DNA of 64,000 nucleotides from an uncultured bacterium (GCA_903892035.1 CAITGV010000002.1:1714-65713); one strand, 5' to 3'. Shown: positions 43,201 to 51,174, counted from the stretch's first letter. Numbers and translations are program-made. The notes: generated from the letters alone by a model not told the origin.

Positions 43201-44191
43201 AAAATGAATTAGAAAAAATTTGCCCGCCATTTCCTCGTCCCATAAAAGCTCCTGTGGATGTTGCTCCACCTCCGACACTTCCATAACTAAATGAATTTGA
43301 AATATTAGCAATTGAATAACCGACAAATCCTCCGACATCCTGAACTGTTCCTGTAACATTTACACCCGAATAAGAATTATCGATACTTCCTCCATCCGCT
43401 TCTCCGATAAGTCCTCCTACTTGAGAAGTACCAACTATTATACCTGTTGCATATGTCTCAGAAATTGTTCCGCCACCCATATATGCTGAAATTGCGCCCG
43501 TGGTTCCGCCACCAGTAATGTTTACATTTTCCAACCAAACCCTCGTGATAACAGCACCTGTCGATAATCCCCCAAAAAGAGATGCATTGTTTACTAATGG
43601 TTGATTGATAAAAAGACCAGATATTTTATACCCCATTCCATCAAAGTGACCAACAAAAGTATTATTAATATCTCCAATCGGCATAAAACCATCACCTGTA
43701 TTGTATGGATCAACATTACAATCAATATTACTTCCGAGTACATAGTACGCAGAACGATCGTTGGCCATATCTTCTAAATCAGAACAAGAATTTATTACGT
43801 AAGGATTATTAGAAATACCAGCACCTTGAGAAATTTGTGGAGCGATTTTATTTTGCGGAGGAGTTGGTTTTTGATTTAAATCTTGCGGTGTAGAAATTGG
43901 TGCTGGTGTAGGATCCGGACTTGGTGTTGGAGTTGGTGTTGGCAATGAAGCAGGGTCAGGCAATGGATCAGGAGTTGGTGTCGGAATCGGATTTGGATCA
44001 GGTGTAGGATTTGGTGTTGGAGTTGGAGTTGGATCAGGTGCCGGCGTCAAATTCTGATCTATACTCGGGGGAATAGAATCATCCGCATTAGCAATATAAA
44101 TCAATGCTTGAGATACTGGAGCGACTGTAAAAATAACAATTAATAAATTTAATAATAAAAACTTTCCACCAACTAATAAAATTTTTTTCAT
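31259..44191 (-). CDS. Giant secreted GLUG-repeat adhesin-like protein (4310 aa)
   Basis: Uninterrupted ORF; signal peptide, Pro/Thr linker, about nine modules beginning (GxG..PY)xIxxC with GGLVG repeats, discoidin-like and PA14-like inserts, FN3-like, Gly run, PG-binding tail. Confidence 0.9.
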   Translation of the reverse strand: MKKILLVGGKFLLLNLLIVIFTVAPVSQALIYIANADDSIPPSIDQNLTPAPDPTPTPTPNPTPDPNPIPTPTPDPLPDPASLPTPTPTPSPDPTPAPISTPQDLNQKPTPPQNKIAPQISQGAGISNNPYVINSCSDLEDMANDRSAYYVLGSNIDCNVDPYNTGDGFMPIGDINNTFVGHFDGMGYKISGLFINQPLVNNASLFGGLSTGAVITRVWLENVNITGGGTTGAISAYMGGGTISETYATGIIVGTSQVGGLIGEADGGSIDNSYSGVNVTGTVQDVGGFVGYSIANISNSFSYGSVGGGATSTGAFMGRGNGGQIFSNSFWDNQTAGQSDGCGGGNCTGLTSANTNTLKTKSTFVNAGWAFALPWSINGNTNNGYPFLQIATRVTTCGEFENINNNLSDVYILDTDLHCEGDGNSVMIGNLRNSIPFTGSFDGGGHTIYISIDDENGDYDGAGLFQYVSGGTIHDLNISGSIISPHTIGSLVSYADNSSDFYNVNSSVNITTLFNDNYYPEIGGLIGEIDNSTLENSSSTGTINASASDTLHTVGGLIGYSFLSTVSQSYETGNVTAGDYSNASGYGGLFGVSDNSTITESFASGNVDGGLGSNYVGGFSGASQNGGVYISDSYATGTVHASGTAGGFIGYTDGGDIIEHSYASGNVDGLDGGSYAGGFIGYTSSSDQFNDDFSKGNVISFIDNFGGFVGYDTGATYTNVYFDQINSQINTCTYQQGINGCKPVDTESFPNSKYFITNLSAKPMDAWDGDIWNQTVGFLPRLVNISADDVVVPSYRYLKWDITKRRDAGPDANCSNNCIQVGEFFPEVGGQIISPEIPFVATNPSGNNPKENIPFMAIDGNNYTKWQDNNFGVGGGDNQTGHSILHIDMGEGVNFDGYRWRTAGDNTARDPISWNLYASNDDSTWTLLDSRVNEDITQNRNSSVGTYYFNNGVVSNFAGGDGSSGNPYQITTCQQFENINLNLGAYYVLNNNIDCSSFGNNIMVGSRWTSLPFYGNFDGQDHTITIAIDDTFGDEISVGLFQYIDGASVQNLNIAGTITAMNNVGSFSADIENSLIGNIHSSVNIINVANNGSWPNIGGLVGYSDSTYFSNTSYSGNIISPELDNASTVGGLVGDLVTSTIDKSYVTGNLNINPLLDIDYSIGGILGCSNASDMIESYSTGSLSGPGYMGGLAGYFGYGDIDNSYSTSNVTGQTSLGGVAFYTDHVTISHSYASGIIDGVDSASNGGGLVTASLDTTFSNSFFTGNLKNFASWYGAIDGEDMGGNTFTNSYYNQVASGVMNCTNNGDISGCSPVNTIGSPDPSYFLNNFDNAPLDAWDSTTIWTTAFNHLPVLDRLASDSIDTFAGGVGTLGNPFQISTCYQLQNINLGLNANYVYVLNNNIDCSDTVSWNDGAGFLPIGPDAGNKFFGTLNGNGYVISNLYEHDTDHQFAGLFGITENGSLIKNVGLENVNIINTSGGCDVGGLVGSNYGSISNTYTTGTVTSNSCDTGGLVGSHDYSDTIINSHSSVNVTGTEGAGGLVGRNEAQGVIENSYATGDVIGTYNVGGFVGLNYFIIENSFATGTVHGYSTVGGFSGYNNSIVDKSYSSGSVMAEGITYPFNNTYIGGFSGYNYGPVMDSFTTSGIYFNNGSGYTQTPLASDTYIGNLFGRNSVGTIVNNYYDKTVGGQVNCEGDGALGGMGGGECATPVNTDGADQNHFVNTSSTAPLDKWNFSTLWKTNNSTLPILQTYSTGFSGAGDGTDLSPYLITSCSQFEEINKYDLLDKYFKLITNLDCTAEHNNIMVGTVDPFTGLFDGGGHTIAVDINDYTSFNVALFQNTNGAIIGDAHIAGSVTGSSFFWQTVAGLVGYANSSSVYDSSSSANITGGDNVESIGGLAGYVENNSEIGGSFTTGNVSMQGTNIDTGGGGLVGYAGDSNFYEDYAKGNVNIVYDAGGLIGDAEFSSITNSYAQGNVVSSDTAGGLVGYNYYTNINSSYASGDVTGNLGGQDAGGLVGFFDGAMVDSFATGYITNYNQDTGGMVGYDDGDTYYENSYYDFFGSGQSGCTNNGDQSGCSPVNDPISVNTSYFKTNSTNAPLNNWDFENIWHLNPGTYPTLSAIVFGSIDPTHISTCQQLVDINNNLSGSYVLDANLDCASLGNGVMIGDNNNYFTGSFDGGGHTINININAENFDVGLFTDAQGATIGNVNITGSVVSTSNNGYYPGIGSLVGYADSTNIYDVTSSATVTSTTDDNEESAVGGIVGYIENSSYIVNSVSSGAVTDNYSAGGIGGLAGIVTGGSLIDTSSSTGAVTKNTPNGLVDYGVGGLVGYMESFSTINQSFSTGDVSSEVYTGGLVGQANGFILINNAYSTGNVLGHTMAGGLVGQANNIIDIFNSYSSGNVTGDGSGNVAGGFVGWTDSNVNIYNSFSAGAVSNFLDTYAGFAGYYGYNSVDFGNDYYDQLNSNSDNCTSNEGDFPGCEPVNTIGSPDAHYFFNNTFNDPISSWDFYIWHTQLGTYPKLTNAQSAPQDFDGGTGTVSDPYKISKCTQLSDVGNYQNDNFILTNNIDCTDTINWSNNFGQGFSPIVDFSGSFNGQGYTINHLYENLSGASAGLFSNLNSDGKVYDLNLENVNFATNQDNVGAVTAVNYGHIENVYTSGTVSGAQWIGGIAGHSMSSGHILNSYSSVAVSATDAVGGIVGQNEGIITNTFATGSVVGSQYAGGLSGLNYGTISNSYATGSVTGYNNGDDGAGLSGYNAGSISNSFATGFVSSFLNNTGGITGVNGGTLTNNFYDYTNTGVVGCAHNEDVSGCSPVNTDGFDPNYFKDTNANAPLASWNFTSTWQANADNLPTLRSNLFSSTYSGSGEGTANNKYQISTCAQFEEMDNVGLLDKHYLLMNSLECADEGNHIMIGTKIPFSGVLDGGGNSIDVNIDDSLSYAVGLLQNTNGASILNLVVNGNINSTNASSGTGALFGSGNNLTLTNIVSNANVTSNQYYTGGIGGYVQATNNYSSVFSNINSNGIISGIYCVGGLFGYMDNVDQSGARITLSNSTSTSMINSSSNQIGGLIGSATISGRYQSNDTAGLTISNSSHTVGLISDGYDVGGLIGQLIQNNSSVVSITNSFAENDISNGQNSDTGGLIGNYNNYEGTLTFTGNHYSGNVTNIDGDDYTGGLFGYFYLDQENGNIDISVNISNNYSTGTVEGYSNTGGLIGNLDLENWVSNRSVNFTMENNYSTSNVSAEGGAIGGLVGNYYLYNESNTGFTNNFNLNYFSGDVQGNADVGGLIGVYDSTDNSNDQYILSSLMDQNYSTGHVTGYYTDSYAGGFIGEYAYSGGIPLILSNSYSTSTVTGINYVGGLIGSMDEYGILSSVYFAGNVVSTDSGYKGGGLIGETFSSALITDSFVKGNVSGFSLGYAALVGDMKGEPVISSNNYYDKTASGGLDCAGYSDVMENCTAVNTDGSDANYFVANDSNAPLTSWDFSGEPIWDVNTSHLPTLHALVSDDPIGAYTAEYWSGIVSDSEIIIPDRPADLTTNTDSVNYDWGYDGDPVGVGNSVFTARYTETVDLSAGNYIFTVGADDEARVYVDDNLILDHWYYQGSSTSINVNLDGGNHTIRVEYLGVGVPDYLHFGYVLSPFDGGTGLSGDPYQISTCQQFMDINDFLSSNFVLENDLHCAGNGNNIMVGSYNQETGFHGEFDGGGHTIDFAIDDSAGNSDGDGLFQYVFESYIHDLNLTGTISSIHNVGALTSLAVFTEIVNVNSSVTVTAGPNGGFYPDIGGLVGFGLMVGINLHTTGDVNASTSDTIHSIGGLIGAINGSPYIAESSSTGNVTAPDNDDQSGAGGLIGIDDDSHLYSDFAIGNVHGGNGNSYVGGLVGASQNGNLDAENSYARGNVSGANYVGGFIGYLDGTDQITNSYSTGNVDGIDAGGSGGGFVGYSSGNDSLTNLFSVGTVSNFTTDYGGFAGYLSGDDTILNDYFDKTNSGQNDCVFGQSINGCSAVNTDGNSPNYFKYNNYVAPLSSWSFTNDGVWGIVPNDFPQLTWMLDITGPTVTSSVSNVTKTSATLNGNITDTGGQNASIRGFYWGTTGDYGQTITQNSGPYGTGAFSTNLSNLSCGTTYHFASYAVNSYTQMTTEDSTFTTSSCSNGGGGGGGGGGGWYVAPTPTPTTTNTCQSGYVLDSSNKCVIVNVNNTQNNTTVDPYGVKPIIAGSLTGYKFPKNLAPNSTDISVKRLQIFLNANGFLVAKTGPGSPGQETNLFGPATKKALIAFQEYHFKQILAPQGLKKGTGLFWTYSRKVVNEILAKTVTTSKK
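43855..44050 (-). repeat. Pro/Thr/Asp low-complexity tandem repeat (PTPTPDP)
   Basis: Repeated GGAGTTGGTGTT/GGATCAGG units. Confidence 0.75.
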
Positions 44192-44247
44192 AAAGTAAAT
44201 ATATTATATCAATTATGAAATGAATAACGAAATATTTTAAACTGGGG

Positions 44248-44290
44248 AAAACAAAAAAACTTTTATATTTCTATAAAAGTTTTTTTGTTT
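44248..44290 (-). terminator. AT-rich terminator-like hairpin after 2288-aa gene
   Basis: AAACAAAAAAACTTTTATA-TTTC-TATAAAAGTTTTTTTGTTT. Confidence 0.65.
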
Positions 44291-44307
44291 ATTCAAATTA
44301 TATAATT

Positions 44308-47300
44308 TTACTTCCCTGCCAAAATCATCTTCTTAATCAATGCTCTTGTCAGAGGTCCAAGTGCACCAGTTTGTTGAAGCTTGTTTGCTTTCTGGAATTT
44401 TTTAATAGCTGCTACTGTTTTTAGTCCCAAATAGTTGTTTTCATTTCCAGGTGAACCTGCACCAGTCTTTGAGATGATATAGCCATTTGCATTTAAGAAT
44501 ATTTGAAGGGCTTTTATAGTGAGATTTAAGTTTCCATATGAAAGTGTTTTCTTTAGAACGAGTAACGGGTTTGTATCTCCGCTACCACCATTTCCAATAG
44601 ATGAATTATTGTTTGTATTTGATGCAGGTGGTTGATTTGTTGTTGGTGGTGCAATATATCCTCCACCTCCACCACCACCGCCGTGGCTTATATTTGTATT
44701 TGTTGGACAAGTACTTGTAATAAATGTTGCATCAGGAGATACTCCAGTTCCTGCAGAATTTGTTGCATAAGCCTGATAATGGAATGTAGTACCACACGCA
44801 AGCCCTGTGATTGTTGAAGTAAATGTTCCAGTTGAAAAGCTTGCGGTAATTGTTGTTTGTGAACCATATGAATTTGTTGGTCCATAATAGAATCCATGCA
44901 CGGTAGAATTCTCGCCACCATTTGCTGTAATATTTCCATTCAATACTGCACCTGAAATTGTAACGCTCGATGATGTTGGAGTTGCAATTGTCGGTTGAGA
45001 TACTGGACCTGCAGTTACAGCTAGTGAGAATATGTCAGTATTTAATGAGTGGTGTATTTGATTTGGAACAATGTCTGCGCCATTTCCAGAGAATTTGATT
45101 ACGCGAGTGTTGTATGTATCTTGGTACACTTGATGGTCTGCATCTGTTGGATAACTTTCTGTATCGTGATATGGATAACTACTCATTTCATTGAATGGTA
45201 GTGGGAGGATAGTATCACCAAGTGGACGGCCGTAGTTCTTTTGATAGTCCCAAGATTTGTATATGAAATCACGAACTGTACCATCTGCTTGTGTTGGTAC
45301 TGCATACTTAAGTGACAATTCATCACCTTGCACCATGATGACAAATTTATTATCTACATCAGAAAGTAGCGAAGTGACATCACCATATTTTGTAGCATTA
45401 CCAGTGATTTGATTTCCAACAAATGCATTTGTAAGAGTGTCGTATACTGGTTGCTCCAATTTCATTTTTGGATCAGATGGATTTGTTAATTCTTTTTGTG
45501 ATACACCACGAAAACCAAGATTCGCAGAATATGCTGGTTCATTTGTGACAGTGACTGTTTCGTCTGGAGTGGTGTCGACTGCGAGATAGTCAATGTCCCA
45601 TTGGCGAATATTACTCATCGAAATTATTCGAATAGTATTGTCTTTGATATTCATTCCAGAAAGGTCAATGACTTTTGTCTGTGTTCCTTCAGCATTTACA
45701 AGGTTGCGAGATGCATGAGTAGTATCAGCACGAGTTGTGATAAATGGATTTTTGTCAGCAGGCATATCGACAAACACACCACTTGAATTTTTGTACTGGA
45801 ATTTATCGCGACTGATATCAGATGGCTTTGTTGGATATGGACCTTCCTTACCACGCTTTATAACAAGCTTGAGATTTGCAGGGGTTGTAGAATCATTTGA
45901 AAGTTTTACCTGCAAATATGATGGAGTTGCATTTGGAGTCACAGTACTGTGCCAATACATATTGTCATCTTGAGCTACAAGGTTTTTTACATCGCGACCA
46001 TTTTCATCTGTGACTGACACTGGAGCAGAGGCATTTTTTGAGACTGTGTGAATCGTGCCATTGTCACGATAGTCTGGATACACATTTACATTTGCACTGT
46101 GGTCAATGATTTGCAACTGTGCCTGGTCGTAGTAATCTACTTCGTTCAATTCTGTTGTATTTTTTATATCGTAGTATGTCTCACCATTTACTGTATGAGG
46201 TACAAGTGAACCGCTTGGCATTTGTGCGTAAGCTAGGGGTTGCGCATATGTACTATTTGCATTTGGGTCCTGATACCAAGGATTTGCTTTCCAAAGAGCT
46301 CCACTCATTCCTAGGTCTGGTGCTCCAGAAGTTGAAACGTCTGTTATGAATTTATATTCGTGACCATCCCATGTAAACAAATATGGACACGATGCTGAGA
46401 ATGGACCTTGGAGTGGGCTTGTGTTCGTATGATTATCAGAAGTTGTAGAGCGAACCATGAAATATAGAGATGAGGCAGACATACCACCGTTATTTAAATT
46501 GTGAGAAGTTGTTGAATCACCTAAAGCAGAAAGATACCCTGCATTGAAATCATTAATGTAATATTTTAGCGTGAATACATTATTTGTTGGATTAATTGAA
46601 TATATCGAACCTTGCCCACCGTACGTAGTTCCGTATAAGGTTCCGTTTGATTCGACGAATGGAGCATTAGGATTTCTACCATGCGTACCGTCAAAGTCAT
46701 GAATGTCGGTGAATGTAGAATTTGAAGGATTGAACGAAAATACGGTACCTTGATTATTTACCCCTCCATACACTGTTGTACTAAACAAGATTCCATTTAC
46801 ATTTAATAGCGAAGCCTGGGGAGAGTTTCCATCCGTACCATTAAAATTATGAATATCAGTGAATGTAGAATTGGAAGTATTGAATGAAAAGATGATACCT
46901 TGACCATTTGCTCCGCCACTTTGTGTTGTGCCATACAGAATTCCACCTACATCCGTAAATCCTGCATAAGGATATGCTCCACTTGTATTGTCAAAGTCGT
47001 GAAGTTTTGTGAATGCATTTCCATTTGTGGTATCGACAGAGAAGATAGTGCCGTAGCCGTTTGTACCTGCATTTACAGTTCCACCATAGAGAACTCCATT
47101 TACATTTAGAAGTTCGGTATAAGGATTTGCACCATTGGTCGAATCGAAATCATGAATGTCTGTGTATGTTGAATTTGAGGGATTGAATGAGTATATTGCA
47201 CCATAATTATTTGAGCTAGCATACGCAGAACCATATAGGATTCCACCCACATCAACGAGAGCATTGTAAGGATTTGCACCGTGAGTGTTGTCGAAGTCAT

Positions 47301-50300
47301 AAACATCGGTATATGTATTATTTGAAGGGTCAAAAGAGAAAATAGTACCATAACCATATGCTCCACCATATACAGTATTACCATACAATATTCCACTTAC
47401 ATTTATCATTGTAGCCTGAGAATTTGATCCGTGAGTTAGATCAAAATTGTGCACTACAGTATATGTTGAATTTGCAGGATTGAAAGAGAAAATAGTACCG
47501 TAACCATTTGGTCCCTGATATTCTGTCGTTCCATAAAAAATTCCATTAACTTCAACCAAGGCATCTCGTGGATTCGCTCCATCGTGATGACTTGTCGCAT
47601 CAAGAAATTCTTGCCATGTCGCATGAGGACGACTGTCATAAACTACTTCACTATTTGAAGCAACGTCTGTATTCCAATTAAAATTGCCAATACCATCAAA
47701 ATAAATATTTGATATCAATGGCTCTCCTGCTTTCTCTGCCTTTGCCCACACCCAAGTATTACCAGAGCCGTCATTGTATTTGGTTCCTGTCTTTGTGCCA
47801 GATAGTGAACAGTCAGATGGTGAACCAGTACAACCTACTTGAGATTGAAGAGTTTCCCATGCACTTGTATCGAAGTTCCAGATATATAGTGATGTGTGCA
47901 TTGTATTATTTGCATCACCGTGACCTGTCCAGTTGATTGTGTATTTTGGATTGACTATACCTGTTAGGTCTTTTGATATTTTGTAGACTTGAGAATCGTA
48001 ACCTCCACCAGAGAGTGCTGTGATCCAGTAGGTACCATCTTTTGTAAATGTTTTACTTACGTTACCTGAGAGAACTCCTGGATTTGTAGGAGAAACTTCC
48101 ACATCGTGACTTTCATAACCTGTGATTGTGACAGCGTGGTTACTTGTGCCAAAAGCTTGGAGTGTTGGAAGAGTGCCTGTGTTTGTTTGCCAAACATCTG
48201 TGAAATTCCAAGCTGAAAGTGGTGCTTGTGAGTGAGTATTTTGGAAGTAGGTTGAGTTTGGTGAGTCGGTGGTGTTGACGGCGTTACAGCCGGAAATATC
48301 AGACGTGCCAACACAACCAGTTTGACCTGAAGCTATTTGGTCGTAGAAATTGTTGGTATAATGATTGCCACTGTCGTAGTCGTGACCAGCAAATCCACCG
48401 TAGCTACTGTCGAAATGAATTACAGAACCAGTTGAGAACGAATTTACATATGTATCATCACCATTTTGACCTGCGAACCCTCCACCACTATCTCCACCGC
48501 TAACTCCATCTACATTTCCAGATGCGTATGTATTTGTGTATGTATTATAACTTCCACCATATCCAATAAACCCACCTGCTTCATATGAACTCGTCACATT
48601 CCCTGATGCATATACATCTTGGAAATTTACATGATCAGCATAACCAATAAAACCACCGCCACCATATGTTATCGACACATTACCGGATGCATAGCTTTGT
48701 AAAATACTTGTATTGTCTGCGCCACCAATAAAGCCTCCCGCAGTATCCATATCATTACCTACCGTTACATTTCCAGTTGCAAAACTTGTATCTATAACTG
48801 AATTTGAATCATAACCAATAAATCCACCAATATCGTCCGTAGAACTGATTACATTTCCAGTGGCACTACTTCCTGAAACTACGTCATTAATAGTAGATCC
48901 AATAAGTCCACCTGTATAAGAAGTTCCACCTGTTACAATAACCGAAGAATTCACATTCGAAATTATTGAATATTGTGAATATCCAGAAAGAGCTCCGACT
49001 TGCTCGTAAAGTTCCGTTATATTTCCTGTAATATTTAGATTCTGAATTATTGCATTATTTGTCTGATTAAAAAGACCAGCACTACTGTAATTATCATTTA
49101 CATCGTTTATTGCAATTTGTATTGTGTGTCCTTGTCCGTCAAAACTTCCAGAAAACGGAGTGCTAACACCAACCATTATATTGTTTGCTTCACCACGACA
49201 ATCCAAATCTGTGGTGAGAACATAGTCACCAGAAAGATTGTTGTTGATGTTTTCGAAATCTGCACAAGTTGCAATTGAGGATTGGACTGTAGTTTGAGCA
49301 ACATCATCAGAAGTTAGATTGTGAAGCGTTGGCAAGTGACCTCCGTCTGCATCCCAAATGTTTTGGAAATTCCATTGATCGAGTGGAGCGTTTGTAAAGT
49401 TGCCTTTGAAATAGTTTGGTGAGTGTCCGTCGGTGTTGACTGCGGTACAGCCAGAAATATCAACACCTGAAACACAACCCGGTATACCACTTTTTGTTCG
49501 GTCATAAAAATTATTAACTGAATCATAATCACCAAAGTCACCACCAGCAAATGATCCACCTGTATCAAGATTTGTTAGTGTTCCAAAAGAAAATGAATTT
49601 GATATATTATTCAAATCTGATAGACCTATAAAGCCTCCAATATCAGAACCAGCACTTATTCCGTCTACATTTCCAGAAGAATATGAATTGGTTATTGTGC
49701 TATCTTGAATGTATCCACCAAAACCACCAGCACCACTACTACCACTAACATTACCTGTGGAATAAGAATTTGAAATAATTGTAGGGGTGTTTGTAATATA
49801 AGTTTGTCCAATCAAGCCACCCACATAACTAGTTCCAACAACAGATGCACCTGCAAAATAGTTTTGGTCTAGCGTTGCATTTAATAAATTACTTCCGCTT
49901 TCATCATCAGAATAATAATACCCAATAAGTCCACCAGCACTGTTAGCTCCAGAAGTTACTGTTGATGTAGAATAATTTTTATTAAAGTTAAAATTTAATC
50001 CAACCGATCCCAAAGTACTAAGTTCTAAATCACCAATCAGTCCACCCACTCTCGAATCGACTCCGCTGACTGTCGCGTCTGAATGGTTAGTAGAAACTAC
50101 TACATTTGTATCATAAGTACCATCTGCCCATATATCCATATAACCAGAGAGACCTCCAACACCACTATAACCATGTATCAAACCAGAACTATAATTATTT
50201 AATATATTTATATTTAAATCAGCAGTTTGAATATAATTGATTACATCAAAGTCTCCAAAAATTCCACCAACATTACTACCATCTGATGTTATATTTCCAG

Positions 50301-51174
50301 AGAAGTGATTACCTGTAAATGTCATATTTATAGTGTCATCAGTTTCTCCATTGTTGACCAATCCCACAATACCTCCGACATTACTATGGTCAGACGTAAT
50401 ATCACTTTCTGCATATGAATTGGTTAAAGTAAAACTAGCATTATTATTTACGTACAAATTACCTATAAGCCCACCCACATTATTATCAAATGAACTTATG
50501 GCTCCTGTGGTATGAAAACTATTTGTTATATTTACAGCAGTGGTACTACTTTCAGATTGTTGATAAGAATCATATATTTGCCCAATTAGTCCTCCCACAC
50601 TACCGTAACCTGAAATAATTCCCGTAGTTGAACAGCCTGTAATGTTAACAATATTATTATTTGTATTCGTTAAGTAACTAATAAGACCACCGACATAAGG
50701 TGCATCTGTGGTTGATACATTTGCTGTCACGTGATCATTTGTAAGCGTAAGTCCTCCATCATTTACAGTAGCAATAAGTCCACCGGTGTTGGACATACCA
50801 CCACCCACAATACTTCCAGCAACGGTAAGGTTTGTAATTGTCGCACCATTTGTCTGACCAAACAGACTAGCGTACCAATCTCTAATATTTATATCAACAG
50901 TAACCGTATGATTATTACCATCAAATGTTCCCGTAAACGGGTCGGTTGTTGCAACTTCAATATCATTGCCTAAATCCTCACCAGCTGGCCCACAATTTAA
51001 ATCATTTGCAAGAATATAACTGCCAGCTAAATCATTATTAATATTTTGGAAATCGTTACAAGTAGAAATAGAAATCGGCCCATCAGCCTTTGTGCTATTA
51101 ATATTAAATAAAACAAAACCAATTATTGATAAAAATGTGATAAACAAAACAGATGAGAATTTTTTGTAATTCAT
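44308..51174 (-). CDS. Large secreted multidomain surface protein (2288 aa): two GLUG modules, 7-repeat beta-propeller, SCP-motif domain, FN3-like, PG-binding tail
   Basis: Signal peptide; GGLIG repeats; seven ~50-aa HDFDxTxGANPY..GILYG repeats; SCPYLFTWDG; LQIFLNANGY..GAGSPG.E tail. Confidence 0.88.
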   Translation of the reverse strand: MNYKKFSSVLFITFLSIIGFVLFNINSTKADGPISISTCNDFQNINNDLAGSYILANDLNCGPAGEDLGNDIEVATTDPFTGTFDGNNHTVTVDINIRDWYASLFGQTNGATITNLTVAGSIVGGGMSNTGGLIATVNDGGLTLTNDHVTANVSTTDAPYVGGLISYLTNTNNNIVNITGCSTTGIISGYGSVGGLIGQIYDSYQQSESSTTAVNITNSFHTTGAISSFDNNVGGLIGNLYVNNNASFTLTNSYAESDITSDHSNVGGIVGLVNNGETDDTINMTFTGNHFSGNITSDGSNVGGIFGDFDVINYIQTADLNINILNNYSSGLIHGYSGVGGLSGYMDIWADGTYDTNVVVSTNHSDATVSGVDSRVGGLIGDLELSTLGSVGLNFNFNKNYSTSTVTSGANSAGGLIGYYYSDDESGSNLLNATLDQNYFAGASVVGTSYVGGLIGQTYITNTPTIISNSYSTGNVSGSSGAGGFGGYIQDSTITNSYSSGNVDGISAGSDIGGFIGLSDLNNISNSFSFGTLTNLDTGGSFAGGDFGDYDSVNNFYDRTKSGIPGCVSGVDISGCTAVNTDGHSPNYFKGNFTNAPLDQWNFQNIWDADGGHLPTLHNLTSDDVAQTTVQSSIATCADFENINNNLSGDYVLTTDLDCRGEANNIMVGVSTPFSGSFDGQGHTIQIAINDVNDNYSSAGLFNQTNNAIIQNLNITGNITELYEQVGALSGYSQYSIISNVNSSVIVTGGTSYTGGLIGSTINDVVSGSSATGNVISSTDDIGGFIGYDSNSVIDTSFATGNVTVGNDMDTAGGFIGGADNTSILQSYASGNVSITYGGGGFIGYADHVNFQDVYASGNVTSSYEAGGFIGYGGSYNTYTNTYASGNVDGVSGGDSGGGFAGQNGDDTYVNSFSTGSVIHFDSSYGGFAGHDYDSGNHYTNNFYDQIASGQTGCVGTSDISGCNAVNTTDSPNSTYFQNTHSQAPLSAWNFTDVWQTNTGTLPTLQAFGTSNHAVTITGYESHDVEVSPTNPGVLSGNVSKTFTKDGTYWITALSGGGYDSQVYKISKDLTGIVNPKYTINWTGHGDANNTMHTSLYIWNFDTSAWETLQSQVGCTGSPSDCSLSGTKTGTKYNDGSGNTWVWAKAEKAGEPLISNIYFDGIGNFNWNTDVASNSEVVYDSRPHATWQEFLDATSHHDGANPRDALVEVNGIFYGTTEYQGPNGYGTIFSFNPANSTYTVVHNFDLTHGSNSQATMINVSGILYGNTVYGGAYGYGTIFSFDPSNNTYTDVYDFDNTHGANPYNALVDVGGILYGSAYASSNNYGAIYSFNPSNSTYTDIHDFDSTNGANPYTELLNVNGVLYGGTVNAGTNGYGTIFSVDTTNGNAFTKLHDFDNTSGAYPYAGFTDVGGILYGTTQSGGANGQGIIFSFNTSNSTFTDIHNFNGTDGNSPQASLLNVNGILFSTTVYGGVNNQGTVFSFNPSNSTFTDIHDFDGTHGRNPNAPFVESNGTLYGTTYGGQGSIYSINPTNNVFTLKYYINDFNAGYLSALGDSTTSHNLNNGGMSASSLYFMVRSTTSDNHTNTSPLQGPFSASCPYLFTWDGHEYKFITDVSTSGAPDLGMSGALWKANPWYQDPNANSTYAQPLAYAQMPSGSLVPHTVNGETYYDIKNTTELNEVDYYDQAQLQIIDHSANVNVYPDYRDNGTIHTVSKNASAPVSVTDENGRDVKNLVAQDDNMYWHSTVTPNATPSYLQVKLSNDSTTPANLKLVIKRGKEGPYPTKPSDISRDKFQYKNSSGVFVDMPADKNPFITTRADTTHASRNLVNAEGTQTKVIDLSGMNIKDNTIRIISMSNIRQWDIDYLAVDTTPDETVTVTNEPAYSANLGFRGVSQKELTNPSDPKMKLEQPVYDTLTNAFVGNQITGNATKYGDVTSLLSDVDNKFVIMVQGDELSLKYAVPTQADGTVRDFIYKSWDYQKNYGRPLGDTILPLPFNEMSSYPYHDTESYPTDADHQVYQDTYNTRVIKFSGNGADIVPNQIHHSLNTDIFSLAVTAGPVSQPTIATPTSSSVTISGAVLNGNITANGGENSTVHGFYYGPTNSYGSQTTITASFSTGTFTSTITGLACGTTFHYQAYATNSAGTGVSPDATFITSTCPTNTNISHGGGGGGGGYIAPPTTNQPPASNTNNNSSIGNGGSGDTNPLLVLKKTLSYGNLNLTIKALQIFLNANGYIISKTGAGSPGNENNYLGLKTVAAIKKFQKANKLQQTGALGPLTRALIKKMILAGK

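Noticed and set aside
46555-47590. ~150-bp periodic DNA repeats as CRISPR or DGR repeats
   Set aside because: They are diverged in-frame protein repeats; no reverse transcriptase or adenine-specific mismatch pattern noticed
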